Shown here: positions 1 through 13,090 of the stretch, one piece after another
Layout: each line of letters starts with the position of its first letter
Numbering within the stretch: the stretch's first letter is position 1
Assembly: GCA_028534125.1 (NCBI GenBank)
Contig: CM052832.1
Location: forward strand, 10,046,001 to 10,110,000
Length of the DNA: 64,000 bases
Source of the DNA: Lama glama
Taxonomy: Eukaryota
Direction: 5' to 3'
The notes under the pieces: generated by a model
The model's database searches: none
Told to the model about the DNA's origin: nothing
What the model saw: the letters and a program-made list of their open reading frames with translations, nothing else
Program-made: the position numbers and the translations under genes

Positions 1-229
1 AAGAGACAGAAGAGACGGAGAGAGATACACACAGGGGCATGGAGAGACAGAGAAACAAGGCAGGGCCGACTGACACGACGGTAGAATCAACAGAGGCACA
101 AAGATACCGACAGCAGGAGAACCCAGCCCATGAGACGTACATGTTTACCGCCGGGTTGCTGCACGGTGTCCACCCCTCTTGTTTTACAAAAACTCCTTCT
201 CACATTCTCACTTTTTATAATTCTTCCTA

Positions 230-1110
230 GACCCCGGCGAAGCTGGGGACTGGGCCCCGCCTCGTGGCCGCCTAATCCTGGCAGCGAGGAGGAGCCTGGG
301 GGACTGCGCGGAGGAAGAGCCCTCGCCCCCGAAGGAAACTGAGCCATCGTAGGTTCACCCCCAAGTTCTGGCTGGGAGACTGGGATGCTGAGGGCAAGTG
401 CGGGAGGGGGATCTGCGGAAGTTTGCCTGGAGGGGGATGCCTGGAATGACTCCTGCAGTGCCCCTCCTTCACTAGGCAGCCACTCCGGCGGCACCCTCCT
501 TTCCCTGGCGCCCCGGGGCCTCTTTGGGCCCCAGAGACGGGGGATGGCAGGTTAAGCCGAGGCCCAGGGCAGGGAAGCCCACCGGGGACCACCCGGGGGA
601 GCCCCCCCCCAGCCTCGGGTTCCGCCCCCGCCGGGAGGCCCGGGCGCCCCGGGGGTGAGCGCGGAGGGCAGTGAGGCAGCCCGGCAGCTCTTGGCGGCCC
701 CTCTCTGACAATCTTTCCTTTGTTTGTTTTCTTAAATCTGGGAGGCCCGAATTCCTGCCGGATTCCGTAGGTTTCACTCAGGAAGGAGGCGCCCCCACCC
801 CCTCTCACGTCGGGCCCGGCTGCCGAGGGAATGGCAGGTTCTTCCCGGAGGCCCGCGGCGCGCAGCCCCGCGGCCCCGGGCAGGGTGAGCGGGCGCCGGG
901 CGCGGCGGAGAGTCCCGGGCGCCCTGCCCGCGCGCGCCACCACGCAGCCCCGCCGCAGGGCCACTGGCGGCCTCTGCCGAGAACTTTAAAAAAAAAAAAT
1001 CAAACCAGGAAAGTTTATAAAGATACAAAGAGCAGGCCTCCCCGCCTCCTCCCCCGCCCGCCCCCGCCTCATTCCACACCTCTCTACCTCTCACACTACC
1101 CCCCCCCACG
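230..1110. promoter_or_regulatory. CpG island (probably the edge of a promoter or Polycomb-type island)
   Basis: Very GC-rich with many undepleted CpGs (e.g. gcccgcggcgcgcagccccgcggccccggg). GC-box-like C-tract ccccgcctcctcccccgcccgcccccgcc at ~1039-1068. Confidence 0.85.
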
Positions 1111-1129
1111 CTTTTTTTATTTTGGTCTC

Positions 1130-1620
1130 CAAACTTGAGCCTCATTAATTTCCAAAAAAAATTTCCCCCAATAAAAGGCAAACATGGAAAGAAAAACAAA
1201 CTATTAGAAAATAGAGGAGGGAGGAAATGTTATTTAAAAGGTTAGCAGACCGCATCATTTTCCAATGATATTATATACTCCCAGCAGTATCCAAAATATA
1301 TATGGGCTCTGGTCCAAGAATGTAAAAAAAAAAAAAAAAAGAAAAAAAACCCTTGAAAAAAACCCTCACTTAGACACAACATCTGGACCTGGGAGCGAAC
1401 AAACCCCCCATTTATCACACTTAATCCTCCAATGAAGCAATCGACAGTTGACTTCTGTTTTGCTAATTTAGCTGCTTTCAAGCGCCGGCCCAGTCCAGAC
1501 CGGGAATTAAGTGTCACTTGTGGAGGGCCTGCCCTGCCCCCGCCGGTCTTCGCTCCCTCCCGAGCCAGGCGGCCCTCGGATAGGGGGAAAAGACCATTAA
1601 GGAAGAAAGAAACTTTTTAT
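1130..1620. promoter_or_regulatory. Putative conserved non-coding element next to the CpG island
   Basis: Repeat-free, AT-rich, with homeodomain-type cores (cattaatt, ttaatcc, ctaattta, gaattaag) and a GATA core (ttatca). Conservation is inferred, not checked. Confidence 0.5.
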
Positions 1621-3059
1621 GAATTCCCTTTACCTCCGCCCACTCGGGTCACTGAAAACCTTCACCCTGACCTTCCTCTGCCCTTCGGCCAGCACCCTGT
1701 CACCCACTTCCTTGGTGACACACCCCCACCGACCAGCTGCCTCCCCCATCAGACTCTGTATCAATGGCTGCAGCTGGCACCAACGCCAGCAGCTCCAGGA
1801 GGTCACCTAGCTCACCGGCTGCTCCTTGGGTTGACTGGGTGCTGCCAGCCTCGTGCCTGGCAGCTTAAGCCCTCAGGCAAGGAGAGCACAGCAGAGGGAG
1901 GGCCCTGGAGCATGGGCAGCAGGGAGCCTCCATTGCTCCCAGAAGTGGATGGGAGGCTGGAGGCCGTGGGCCAGCGGCGCTAGAGACAATGGGATCTTGT
2001 GAGGGCACAAGCAGGAGAGAGAATGAATCAGGGAGAGTGTATCATTTGAGAATTAGTCAATGAATCCCTGGGACCCTGGCCCAATGGGGCGGATACCAGA
2101 GGCCTGGCTGGCCCAGAGTGCAGGCTTCCCTCCTCAGTGACCTTCCCCCCAACCCCCCAGAGGCCTCCATGGATGGATCTCTCTCCTCACTTCTCTCTTA
2201 GTTTCCAGGGTTCCACTCCTAGACTTTGGAGACCAAGGTACAGCTGTTCGTCATTCTCCTCCCCTACTGCTGGGGACGGCTGTACCAGGGAGCAATGAAG
2301 GTTGCAGGCTTAGTGTACTGACCTCGGGGACCTGGCAAACAGAAGAGGCTGCAGAATGTGCCCCAATGCAGCCTACCCACTCCTCTTTACCTAGATGCAG
2401 CCCACCCTGGCCCCCAGCTCTGAGTCCTGGCAGAGTCCCCGGGAACAGCCTGCACTCCTAAAAGAAGTCCTAAGCACGTTGAATCCCAGTTCTGTGCAAG
2501 CTCTTGTGGTGGCCTTGGGGGGGGGGCTCCAGCTTCTTGGGGAGAGACCGTCAGTTCCGGCCCTAATCCAGATGCAGTCCCAAACCTCCTGACCCTGGGC
2601 CCACAGAAGCACCCTCCATCAGGACTGCATTCTTTCTAGCAAGCATTTACGAGCACCTACTGTAGGCCAGGCAGTGTGCTAGAGTCAGGGTCTGGAGATG
2701 GGGAGGATCTTGTCCCTGGGGGCTTAAGCCTCTACTGGGCCCTACTTTCTGTTCTTATGGGAATATTACCCAGCTGTCTTCATTCAAAAGGCAGTCACTG
2801 AGCACCTGCTGTGTGCCAGGCACTGTGCTAAGCCCTGGGGATCTGGAGATGATGGAAGATCATTTCAATCCTTAAACTTGCCAGGGAGACAGACATGCTG
2901 GCAATGAATTCTAAGGGCCCAAGTGAGGCATTTGTGAAAGCTTTTGTGCCCAGTGGAGGGACTGACTTACCCTGGCTAGGGTGGAAGGAGGGTGTGAGGG
3001 ACCCCAGGGTGGTGGTGTGGGGGCTCACTGGTGAAGAGCAGGAGGTCTGAAGCCAGCCA

Positions 3060-3245
3060 GTACAGTTCAGCTTCCTGCTCTGGTACATCAGCTGTGGAAT
3101 CTAGGACGTCTTAGCCTCTTTGAGCCTTGGTTTCATCATCTGAAAAGTGGGACTCATGATGGTAACTGCTTTGTGAGGATCCAATGGGATAATACAGGGC
3201 AAGCAGCTGGCATAGGGTGAGCTCTGAATGAATGTCTGCTTTAGT
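3060..3245. mobile_element. MIR SINE
   Basis: MIR core ctctttgagccttggtttcatcatctgaaaagtggg...tgtgaggat. Confidence 0.75.
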
Positions 3246-5379
3246 TGTCTTTGTTTCAAAGGACATGGATGGACTACCTCATAGCCCCCCCACCACCCTC
3301 CCCTGCACCTCGCTCCCCAACCACAGGATCTGGTGCAGTGCTGGGGACACAGAATAAATAGAAAACCTGTCAACTCTTGGCTCTAGTGACACTAGGTGGA
3401 CAGTGCTGTGCACCCTGGGTGGTGGGCCTGGATGTGTCATTGCCTTCCTCTGGTACCCAGCCACGGACTGTGTGCCCAGTGATGGTTGTTCTTGCTCTCA
3501 CATCTCTGGCAGCCACCCAGAGCAAGATGATCCGAAGCCCCTTTCCCTTATCAGCAGCCAGTCAAGAAATGTTCTCTGGCTTGGTGTCACTATTCTGTGA
3601 CTCTGGTTTGAGTTGATACCTGACTTGCTGTGTGTCCTTGGGTAAGACATGTCCTTTCTCTGGGCTTTAGACTCCTCATAGATAAAATGAGTAGATGCTC
3701 TCCAAGCTCTGCTGCAGCCTTGCAGTTTATGTCTCCTTCTCCTTTGAGCTGGGGGAGCCTCATCTTCCTTTCTGGAGCCTGGTCCTCCAAGGGTATGGTT
3801 TCTACTCTCTTATTTCCCACCTGCCTCTTGACTTTTCTCAGTGGTCCCCCCTCTTTATCTCCCTACTTGCTCCCTTGGCTCTCCTCTTCTTTTTCTCTTT
3901 CCTCGTCTTCCTCTGCCACAGTCCCAGGGCCTAGAGAGTGTGTGGATGAACTGACTTCTTCTCCAGACTTCCCCCTCCCACCTCTACCCAACATCTTGAT
4001 TCCCAAACAGAATGTGGGCCTGGGGAGCCATGCCTCTCCACCTGTCCTCCTGGCTGGGAGTCTGTCCCTTATGGCCTTAGTGGCACCCTGACCCTTGACC
4101 TCTGACTTCTGAGAGAGTGGGAGAATGGCATCCTAGCCGGACCAAGAGAATGCCTAATATGGGTCTTCTGTCCCCAGAGACTGGCAGGCTCTGTATTCCC
4201 ACGCTGCCCTCCCCCTAGAATCCCATGCTCGGGGGAGGGGACAGAAAAGGAAGCCGTTTCTAAGTCTAGCTGACTGTCGGCCCCCAATCCACCACCACCT
4301 CCATGATGCCATCTCCCACCTCTGAGCCTGGGAGAAGCCCTTCCTTCACAGAGGCCGGTGTGCCTGGCATTCATGATTGTCTCTGAAGAACCGCTTATTA
4401 TTGTCAGGAACCATTTCTGGAGAGCCTACTATGTGCCAGGTTCCGTGCTGCGAGCCAAGAGGAGGTGTCTGTGTGGGGTCGGAGGGAGCGGGGTAGGACA
4501 AAGGCTGGGGGGCGTCCCCAGGAGGTGTGCTGCTGCCAAGCCTAGGCTCATGGGCAGAGGGTTTGGCAATGCCTGTGCGTGGGCCTGGTTGGAGTGGCAC
4601 CTGAGATGGAGCCAGGTCCTGGAGGCAGGTAAACAGGATGCTGTGTGCTGGGTGTGGTGGAGGAGGAGGAGGACATGGTGCAGGGGGGTTGGGGGAGGCC
4701 ACAATAGGCTATTGTGTGCTCTGGAGCCACTGTCACTCCTGGACTCTGGGCTTCCCCTTCCTCTCCATCACTCTCCTACTGAACTGTACAGATACCAAGA
4801 TCTATGGAAGATGAATTCAGAGTCATCTGCTTTTGTCCCCCTCTGCTCTTACCTAGACCACAGTGGACCAAGGTGGTGTGGAACATGACGTATGGCCTAG
4901 GCCTTGTGTTTTTTGTTTTGGCTTTATTCCCCCCAGCCAAAGCGGGAACAAGGAGGGGACATCTGGTCACTGGAAGGTAGTTGACAGGAGATCTAGCCAA
5001 GTCTCGTGACTGAGCTCTGGTCTCAGCTAGGCCACTGGCTAGCCATGTCTGTCCTTGAGAAAGTCATATAACTGCCTCGACCTCAGTTTACTCATCTGTA
5101 AAACCGGCTAAGGGTGACCCTCACCCTGTCTACCTCACAGCATGGTGTGGTGTTGTGACAGACACTGGACTGTCAGGGGCCATGCACGGGGCAGAGCTGA
5201 CTGCTTTTGCCTCTATTGTTACTCTGCTGCAAGACTTGCAGGCCTGCCTCTGCCTGACAAAGCCCCCCTTCTAGGGGCAGGAGCAGGGAGAATTGATGAC
5301 TGCCCATGTGGGATTAGTGAGAGACTTAAGAACAGGAATCAGAATCAAATTCTCAGGTTATTCAGCCAATCAGTCTTCA

Positions 5380-5750
5380 TTCACTCATCATTCATTCAGT
5401 TAACATTTTTTGGAGCTTCCTCTCTCCACTTTGAAACCCTGGGCCTTCAGAGATAAACAACGTATGTCTTCTGCTCTCAGGGAACACCCAGTCAGATGGG
5501 AGGGGCTGAAAACACACAGCATTAATGTAAAATGATACCACCTAATATTTGTTGAGCACTTACTACAAGCCAGGAATGGTTTACACACTTCACATGCATT
5601 AATTCATATAATTATTCTCATTCTGAAGATGAGACAATTGAAGCCCAGGGAAGGCAAGCGACTTGTCCAAAGTCACACAGCTAGTAAGTAATAGAGCCAG
5701 TGTTTGATTCCAGGCACCCTGTTTAGAGCCTGGGCTCTTAGCCAGTATGT
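5380..5750. mobile_element. L2 3' end followed by MIR
   Basis: (cattcatt)n L2 tail, then MIR-like gatgagacaattgaagcccagg...acttgtccaaagtcacacagctagtaagt. Confidence 0.75.
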
Positions 5751-6109
5751 TGTACACACAGCATACATGAACCTAAACAAACATGGGCAAAAGAAGAGTG
5801 AGGAGAAGATTGGGTTGAGCCTCTGAAGGAAGAGAAAAGGAGAGGAAAGATTGACTACTGTCCAGCTTCCAGTAGGGCAGGACAAGGTGAAACAGGCTTG
5901 ACTTGCAGTTGGAAAGACTTGCAATGTCTTGGGAACGGGGTCTTTCTTGTTCTTTCCCATATCTTGGCTATGTTGTTTGGTGTGTGAGAACCTCTTTCTC
6001 CCCCTTACCAGGAGTAGGGGAGGAGAGGGAGGTCAGGACTTCTTGTCTGCTGGAGGACAGGGAGAGGTGGGTAGAAGAACATAGCAACAATTTCATGCTC
6101 ACATAAAAA

Positions 6110-6410
6110 AGGGCATCTGTCACTCCCAACACCCTATGTCTGCAAAATCCTAGGGGAGGACTACTATTGGCCTAGCTTAGGTCATGTGCACACCTCTTAA
6201 GCAAATCAGAAAGTGGTGTGCAATGATTGGCTAGGCTGGACACATGTGCCCACCCTGAGGCAGGAAGAGTGGGGAGGGGATTATGATTGGCAGCCGCATA
6301 GAATGGTACAGAATGGGGGAGCTGCTAGCTGTTCTGTGAAGCAAAGAGGTTCTAGCACCACAGTAGATAAGGCTGCCCAGCAGACACAAACAAGTGCCCC
6401 TCTCCACTGC
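6110..6410. mobile_element. MLT1 (ERVL-MaLR) LTR fragment
   Basis: Duplicated attggcctagcttaggtcatgtgc / attggctaggctggacacatgtgccc motif typical of old MLT1 LTRs. Confidence 0.55.
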
Positions 6411-6749
6411 ACAGCAGACAGAGGGAGGAAAGGAAGAAACTTGATATGTGTTCTTGGAGCTTCAAATTTTAGCCTAAGATTTTGGGGGGAAAGTTTTGAA
6501 TGACATTTTAAAACATTATTTTTATTTATAACTCACATAGCTAGGATATGGAGTAAAATTTTAAGTTCATGTAGACGTCTAAGATAAAACAGAAGCTATC
6601 AGAAAAAATGGGGGGCTTGTTGCAGGCTGTTTTCCTTAACCTACCCCTTTCCCACTCCTCTTATATTTTGTCAAACTTCTCTGATGTTAAGGAGGGAGGT
6701 GGGATGGAGATGGGGAGGGAAATTTGAGATGCACTAGGAATGGAAATGA

Positions 6750-6955
6750 CATGGATTTTGGAGCCAGAGAGATGTGGCTTAAAATCTTGCTCAGCCCTTT
6801 TCTAGCAGTGGGCTCTCAGTGAGCCTGTTTTCTCCCCTGTAAAATGGGTACATCGATGCCTGCTTGGAGAAGGACGGTGACTAGGAGTAGATGACCTAAT
6901 ACCTAAACACCCAGCCCAGTGTCTGGCTCCAAGGAAGACACTTTGTAAATGTCAG
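6750..6955. mobile_element. MIR SINE
   Basis: tgagcctgttttctcccctgtaaaatggg core and acccagtgtctggc...taaatgtcagct end. Confidence 0.7.
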
Positions 6956-7319
6956 CTCTCACTTCCATCCTTCCTGTGTCGGCAGGCTCCTCCGCCAGCT
7001 CTGGAAATCCAGGGCTCAGGGAGCAGGGAGGGGTCCCCACTCCAGGCCGCCAGCTAAACCCCTGCTGCTCCTGGCAGAAGCCTTATGGCTCTCTGCTCTC
7101 GGGAGCTATGACCATAGATGTGAGTGTGTTGATAACTTTGCCACTTTGTAGATACTGAAGAGACAATTAATCCTTTGCTAGTATAGACACAACATCATCC
7201 TCCGAGGGAGGATTCACTGACCCACGTTCCCAAAGCTCCTTGTACTAACCGCTTCTGGTTCATATTACTGGGCCCTGCAGTGATGCGTTTCCCTGTTTCT
7301 ATGTCTTTTGTTGTCACCA

Positions 7320-7720
7320 ATTTGTGAAGTCTTGGAGACAGACAACTGTTTTCTCCACCCCTGTATCTCCAGGGCTCAACATGGAAGTTGGCATGGAGTA
7401 GGGGCCCAGTGACTGTTCGGTGACTTAATGAAGGAATCGACGGATGGACCTGCTGCCTTGGGCTGCTTTTTGTCCAAGGACTGAGTCACCACCACTGTTT
7501 ACTGTGTAATTAAAATGTATCAGGCATTTTCTAGAGCTCTTTCATTGTTCTTTCATATAATCCTTAAAACAACCCCATGTCATAGGGACTATAATTTGCC
7601 CCCATTTTAAAGATGAGGGTTAGTAACTTGCCCAAGGTCACCTAGCCAGTTAGCAGTGGCATTGGAATGTAAATCCATTTCTGTCAGATGTAAAGATAGA
7701 GGAATGAATCTCTATGCGCT
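7320..7720. mobile_element. L2 3' end plus MIR
   Basis: ctgtatctccagggctcaacatgg (L2) and ccccattttaaagatgagg...taacttgcccaaggtcac (MIR). Confidence 0.7.
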
Positions 7721-8029
7721 TCTGTCTTAGGTCCCAGGTTTTACTGAGGTGTCCAGAGAAGAGGGCTGTGGTACAGAGAAAACCCCAGGAATGAAGCTCT
7801 AGAGAGAGAATGGGTTGGTGATCAGAGAGGCCACTGGGTTTGGCTGGGGGAGGGGAGGGGAGGAGGGAGCTCTTGGGGGCTGGAGGTCACGGGGAAGTTC
7901 AAGGGGACTGGGGTCTGGGGAGATGGAGGAGGTGGCCAAGTGCTGCAGGAGGAGGTGTCAGGGCAGGATCTCCTGAACTGGCTGGGGCTCAGAGTCAGCC
8001 CTTTCAGGTTGTTTTCTAGCAGGATTGGG

Positions 8030-8420
8030 GGGGTGTTTAATATTAATAGTAATGACTGTGGCGGGAAGATAATAGGCCTCAGTCAGATTAGAAGGGGGTA
8101 AGCGCTTATCTCTGGCTGCTGAAGACACATGTCTTTCACCTGCTCCTTTAATATCCCCCCTCTTTCATTCCACCGCCCACCCCTCCCACCAGCCTAGAAC
8201 AAAAGGGGTATTATGGGCCGGGGTGTTTTCAGGCTGCAGCCAAGGAGACCTCCCCTTCCCCCTCCGCTCCCCACCCCATACACCCCTCCCCAGTTTGAAT
8301 GAGGCTTTTTCCTCCCATAAGAGATTAGCTCTGTTTGACAAGGCAGTGAACTTTGGGAGGGGTGAGTGAGGGTCTCCTCCGGGAGCCTCCAAAGTGCAGC
8401 CCTAATGATTGCTGATGAAG
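8030..8420. promoter_or_regulatory. Putative enhancer-like element
   Basis: Unique sequence with ttaatattaat, GATA sites (agataa, ttatct) and gatta/ctaatgatt homeobox cores. Confidence 0.45.
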
Positions 8421-8429
8421 GGAGACCCT

Positions 8430-8860
8430 GAGAGACAGCCCCAAAGACAGACAGACAGACAGACACAGAGCAGGAAAGGCATTGAGGGAGAGTTTATTCT
8501 GAGACACAGGAGTACATGCACACACGCATACACACACACACACATACACACTTTAGGATGTTGGGGAAAGGGAGGAGAGATGGGGAGGAGAGACAGAGAG
8601 AGAGAGAGAGAGACAGACACACAGACATCCACAAAGAACAAAGAGGTAGAGAAATGAACACATACACACTTGTCACCAGACAGAATGACCCAGAGAGGGA
8701 CAAAGGCAGAAAGACAGACTGGGAACAGAAGACGTAAAGATGGAGACATCGAAGAGATAAACAAGGATGAAAAGAAAGGAAATGGAGGGAGAAAAGGGAA
8801 GAAGAGGTGAAATTGGCAAAAAGCAGGGGAAATGGAGACTTAGAAGGAGAATCACAAGGG
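8430..8860 (+). repeat. Compound microsatellite and purine-rich low-complexity tract
   Basis: (gaca)n, (ca)n and (ga)n runs followed by an A/G-rich stretch. Confidence 0.9.
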
Positions 8861-9339
8861 GGCTGCTGGGACCTTGACCTTCCCTGGGGCTGGCTCTGCT
8901 CACCCCAGCCTTGGGCTCCTTGTGGAGTCTGGAGCGGGTGTTTTTATAGCTTGGAAGGACTAGGGATGGTGATGGAGCAGGGGCAGGGGGAGATAAGGAG
9001 GAGAGAGGGAATGAGAGACACACTGGGGAAGCTGGCCTAGAGACAGAGGTAGTGAGTGAGTTGGAAAAGTAGTGGACAGAAAGTGCCCGTAGTGGACAGA
9101 GAGAACTCTGAAATGTGAATGTCCTTGATAAGGTGGCTCCCAGCCTCTAGATGTGAGAAGGTGCAGAGGTGATCGGTTGAGGGACATGGCGCTGAGGAGG
9201 CTTCTTTTGGGGTCAGTTAGGAAAAGGATCCATCCCTTCTGCTGGTGGCAAGATGGAGAGAGGAAAACCAAGGGCCACGTCCACCACTGTTGAGACTCTC
9301 AGCCCTGATCCATGTCAGAGAGGTCTGATCGCGTCGTCA

Positions 9340-9550
9340 TGAGGCAGCTGGGCTCTTGGAACACAGTAGTCCTGGGTCCAAATCCCTGCTCAGCCGCTAC
9401 CCGTCCTCAGGCTAAGAATACATCTTCACCTCTGTCTCCCCATCTACAGGATGGGGAAAACAACAGCGTCTCCCTCAACGGCGGTGGCAAGGCTCTGATT
9501 AGGACAAGCTCATTAGCAGTGTGACAGAGTAAAGACTAACATCTATTGGC
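9340..9550. mobile_element. Diverged MIR SINE
   Basis: cctgggtccaaatccctgctcagcc and tccccatctacaggatgggg match MIR. Confidence 0.65.
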
Positions 9551-9858
9551 TACTTTCTGTTTGCAGGCCTTGTTCTAAAGCATCTTTCGAATAGTATCTC
9601 CTTTAAATCTCAGAACAGCCCTTCCAAGATCTAACTGGAGAACACTGTAAATCACCAACCATCGATGATGGAGCCATGATTTGGTGCTCGACAGCTGTTC
9701 ACCACTGCCTCCCACACTGGTTGCCATCCTCATTAAGAGACACCCAGTCCCAGTCCCCACGGTCCAGAAGGAGCTCCATGGCCTTTTTCAGGAGGAGAAG
9801 CTGATTTTTATATCTCCAAAGGGGCTTGTGGTTCTTGCTGGTGGAAGAGCAGGCGAGG

Positions 9859-10045
9859 CAGAAGTATGCTGGTAAGAGGTTCCACAGCAGGCTCTCCAAG
9901 AGGGAAAAAAGTGCTCACTAATTTCCATGGTGTAAATACTCCCACCATGACCGGCTCCAAGCCACCAGGGTGACCTTCACTGGATGGGAATCACGAAGAG
10001 ATGCCTGCAGTCGGCTTTGGAAGCCTGAGTGAACTGAGTTAGTGG
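9859..10045. mobile_element. hAT-Blackjack non-autonomous element (MER63-like)
   Basis: tgctggtaa...ggctctcc...ttccatggtgtaaatactcccaccatg...gaagagatgc matches my recollection of the MER63 consensus. Confidence 0.7.
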
Positions 10046-10989
10046 GGCCCAAGTTGCTTGTGCAGAGAGAAAGTGACCTCAGTGTACCCCTTTTTTTAAC
10101 CCCTGCGAGCTTCCTGCCTCACTCAGGAGAGAAGGGTCACCTGGTACCCACACTTCAGTGCCAATGCCAGGGATTGAACAGAAGGGTTCAAACCAACAGT
10201 AGATGCTGTGGAATTTGTAGAAGTTTGGAAGTGGGTAGGGAGTGTGGGGGGCTGGCTGTGGGGGGCATCTGCTTTGTGTATCCCTCTGTCCTCTGTGGCT
10301 GGAACTCCTAGAGTTCAGGACCACCTCTTCTTTCCCCATCCTTGGTCACTCCCTGCACCCTTCCCCTCCTGAGTGCCCAAACACCCTCCTAGGTGCTATG
10401 AACTAGTGTGCAGTTAGCAACAGTGCTGGGGGCAGGGTGGCACCAAAGATCTTCGTTCCCCTTCTCTGGGCCCCCCAGTGCCTTCTATGAAATCAAACAC
10501 TCCCCCCATCGCCCACTTGGACACCTGACTCCCTCCTGGGGCCCACTCAGGGCACAAGCCGTTTCCTGTCTGGGTCTTGGTAACCCCCTGAAATCCCGGC
10601 CTCCCTCCCCCGATCCCTTCCAAATGCTTATTAAGCCGTTTGCAAATCCAGGGCTGAACTGAGCAGTGTGAGTTTAATAAAGCAGAAGACAGATGCCATC
10701 CATCAAGGGGGCCGGGGTGGGGGGCCGTGAGCTGATGGACTCACACCCTCTGGCTGCTTCTAGGTCAGCCAGCCATACTAACGTACCCTCTCCTTGCCCT
10801 CCTTGCCCACGCCGGCCGGGGTCCCCATCAGGACCACTTCCTGGCTGCATGTGGCTACTTTTTAGGTCACATGCCTGCCATAGATCTTGTGGGGGGGGGA
10901 CCATGGCTCCATGTGGACAGAGGAAGAGCCTGGGAATCGAGAGAGAGCAGGCAGCCTGACCCCCGCATTCCGCATGGCTATCTGTAACA

Positions 10990-11175
10990 GGCAGGGTCCA
11001 GACTGGGGTACAAAATTTAAGCAAGGGCCCAAAACCTCAGTAATCGAGATAAATAATAATTGAATGTAATATTTTAAAAAATCAAAAGCAATACCAAAAA
11101 AATCTACAATAAACAAAATAGCATAATTTACAATAAAGACGGTCAGTCTTACTGATTGCCTTGTACCCTCAGTCT
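10990..11175. mobile_element. hAT MITE (MER53-like)
   Basis: caaaatttaag...ctcagtaatcgagataaataat...tttaaaaaatcaaaa...aacaaaata AT-rich core. Confidence 0.6.
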
Positions 11176-11179
11176 TCAA

Positions 11180-11790
11180 TACAATGCATTGTGGCACCTA
11201 CAGCAGACACCTCAGACTCACACCTCAAATTCAGAGGGTGCAAAAGCAAATTCCTGGTCTGTCCTCAAACCGGCTTCTTAAAGATTCTTCCCACTTCCAG
11301 AAAGGCAACTCTGTCCTTTGAAGTGACTCAGGCCAAAAAACACTGGAGTCGTATTTGACAGCTCTCTGTCTCTTATATCTCACACCCAACTTTTAGGAAA
11401 TCGGGTTGGCTGTAATTTCAAGATACATCCAGAATTCAATGACTTTGTGCCATCTCCACTTCTGGGCTTCTGGTCCCATGTCACCCTTCTGCTCAGAATC
11501 CCCCCATGGCTCCCACTGTACTAGGAGTAAAAGCTAGGTCCTTACAATAGCCTATGTGATCAGCCCCCTTCCCTGCTCTGACTTGCTTCCTATTATTTAT
11601 TCTCTCCCTTGCTCCCTGTACTCTGGAATCACATTAGCCGGCCAAGCACATTCCTGCCTCAGGGCCTTTGCACTTGCTGTTCCTCTACCTGGAATGCTCA
11701 TATCCCAGATGTCTGCCTAGCCCCTTTCCTCATCTATTCAGGGGTCTGTTCAAATATCACCTTATTGCTATATCTAAAAGAGCATACCAC
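11180..11790. mobile_element. L2 LINE fragment
   Basis: cctgcctcagggcctttgcacttgctgttcctctacctggaatgctc is a diagnostic L2 3' region. Confidence 0.9.
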
Positions 11791-12099
11791 TGCCCTCTCC
11801 TTGCCTTTTTTTTTTTTTTTTGAAGGTAGAATTTGTCTCTAAGTCCCCATTGTGACCAGTGACTGGCAGTAGAGACACAGTTAATGCTGTCTGCCAGCCC
11901 CACCTTTGACAGAAGTCTCTCCATTGAAAGTATTTCCTCCTGTGTGTCTGCCAGTCTCTGATCCTCATCTTGTTCTATATCCTACAAAAGGCACCTCCTC
12001 CAGGAAGCCTGGCTCCTGGCCAAGGATGTCTGGACCTGAGTCAGAACTATGATGTCACATGAAGGGCTCTGAACAGGGATGGGAGCCCTGGGATTCAGC

Positions 12100-12460
12100 C
12101 CTGCTCTGGGTCAGACTCACTGTGCATCCTTGGGCAAGTCACTTCTCTCTGGACCTCTGTTCCTCCTTTAGAAGTTTGGACTAGATTCTTTCTAGCTCTG
12201 ACCTTCGAAGATTTTAAAGTGTTTTCTGAGACCCTAATGTGGTCTCTGGAGTCAGTCTGTCTGGGCTCAAATATTGCCACCACCACTTCTTGGATGGGCT
12301 AGTTAGATGTTCCAGGCCTCTTTTGTTGTGTCTGTAAAATGGGGACAATTATGGTCCCCCCTCCACAGGATTGTTGTGAAAATCAAATGAGAAGATGAAT
12401 GTATTTATGTGCAATGACTCTGAAGGCACCTAAAATACTGCATAAATGTTAGCTGGTTTC
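12100..12460. mobile_element. Two adjacent MIR fragments
   Basis: ccttgggcaagtcacttctctctggacctc and tctgtaaaatggggacaat...aggattgttgtgaaaatcaaatga. Confidence 0.8.
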
Positions 12461-13090
12461 ATGACCATTAGTAGTAGAATAATTGTGGAGAATTCTAGAG
12501 TCTTATAATTGTTTTTTTGTATTTTACCAAATACATATAATTACAAAGAGCAACAGTAACAAGCCTTTTATCCCCAGGACATAAAATGGCTGACAAGGGG
12601 CTGAGGGAAGCCTGCTCTCAGCGTCTTGCCCCTGGGCCATCCTGGCTTCTCTCATCCCAAACAAACTGTCGGTGGCCTACACCTTCCTCCAAGGGGCTCC
12701 CACCCTTCTCCTCTGCTCCCCGGCCTCCTCCCTCTTGCAGCCCAGTCTTCCCCACCCATGTGCCCCAAGCCCGGCTCCGCATCCCACGAGGACCCAGGCT
12801 GGGCTGCAGCCCTCCTTTCACACCCAGATGCAGGAGCCGGCGCGGGAGCCCTGCCTGGGGCTGGGCTGGGGGCCAGCTCGACATCTGGCATCGATTACCA
12901 ACGGTGGCTGTGGAGTGGACTCCTCTGCCTGCCACTCACCTATCTGCCGGGGTGACAGAGGAGATGGGAAAAAGGTTTTCACAGCTGGAATAAATTGAGG
13001 GGAAGTGGAGGGGGAGGGTCGAAAAGAGACAAAAAACAACATTGAACTCAAGATGGAAGAAAGACAGTGTTAGAGGAGGTAATGAAGAAA

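Noticed and set aside
272..1199. ORFs over the first CpG island
   Set aside because: Same GC artefact; they cross poly(A/T) runs and have no recognisable domain.
1..1620. Naming the flanking gene or locus
   Set aside because: No coding sequence is present and I do not recognise the non-coding sequence reliably; a genome alignment is needed.
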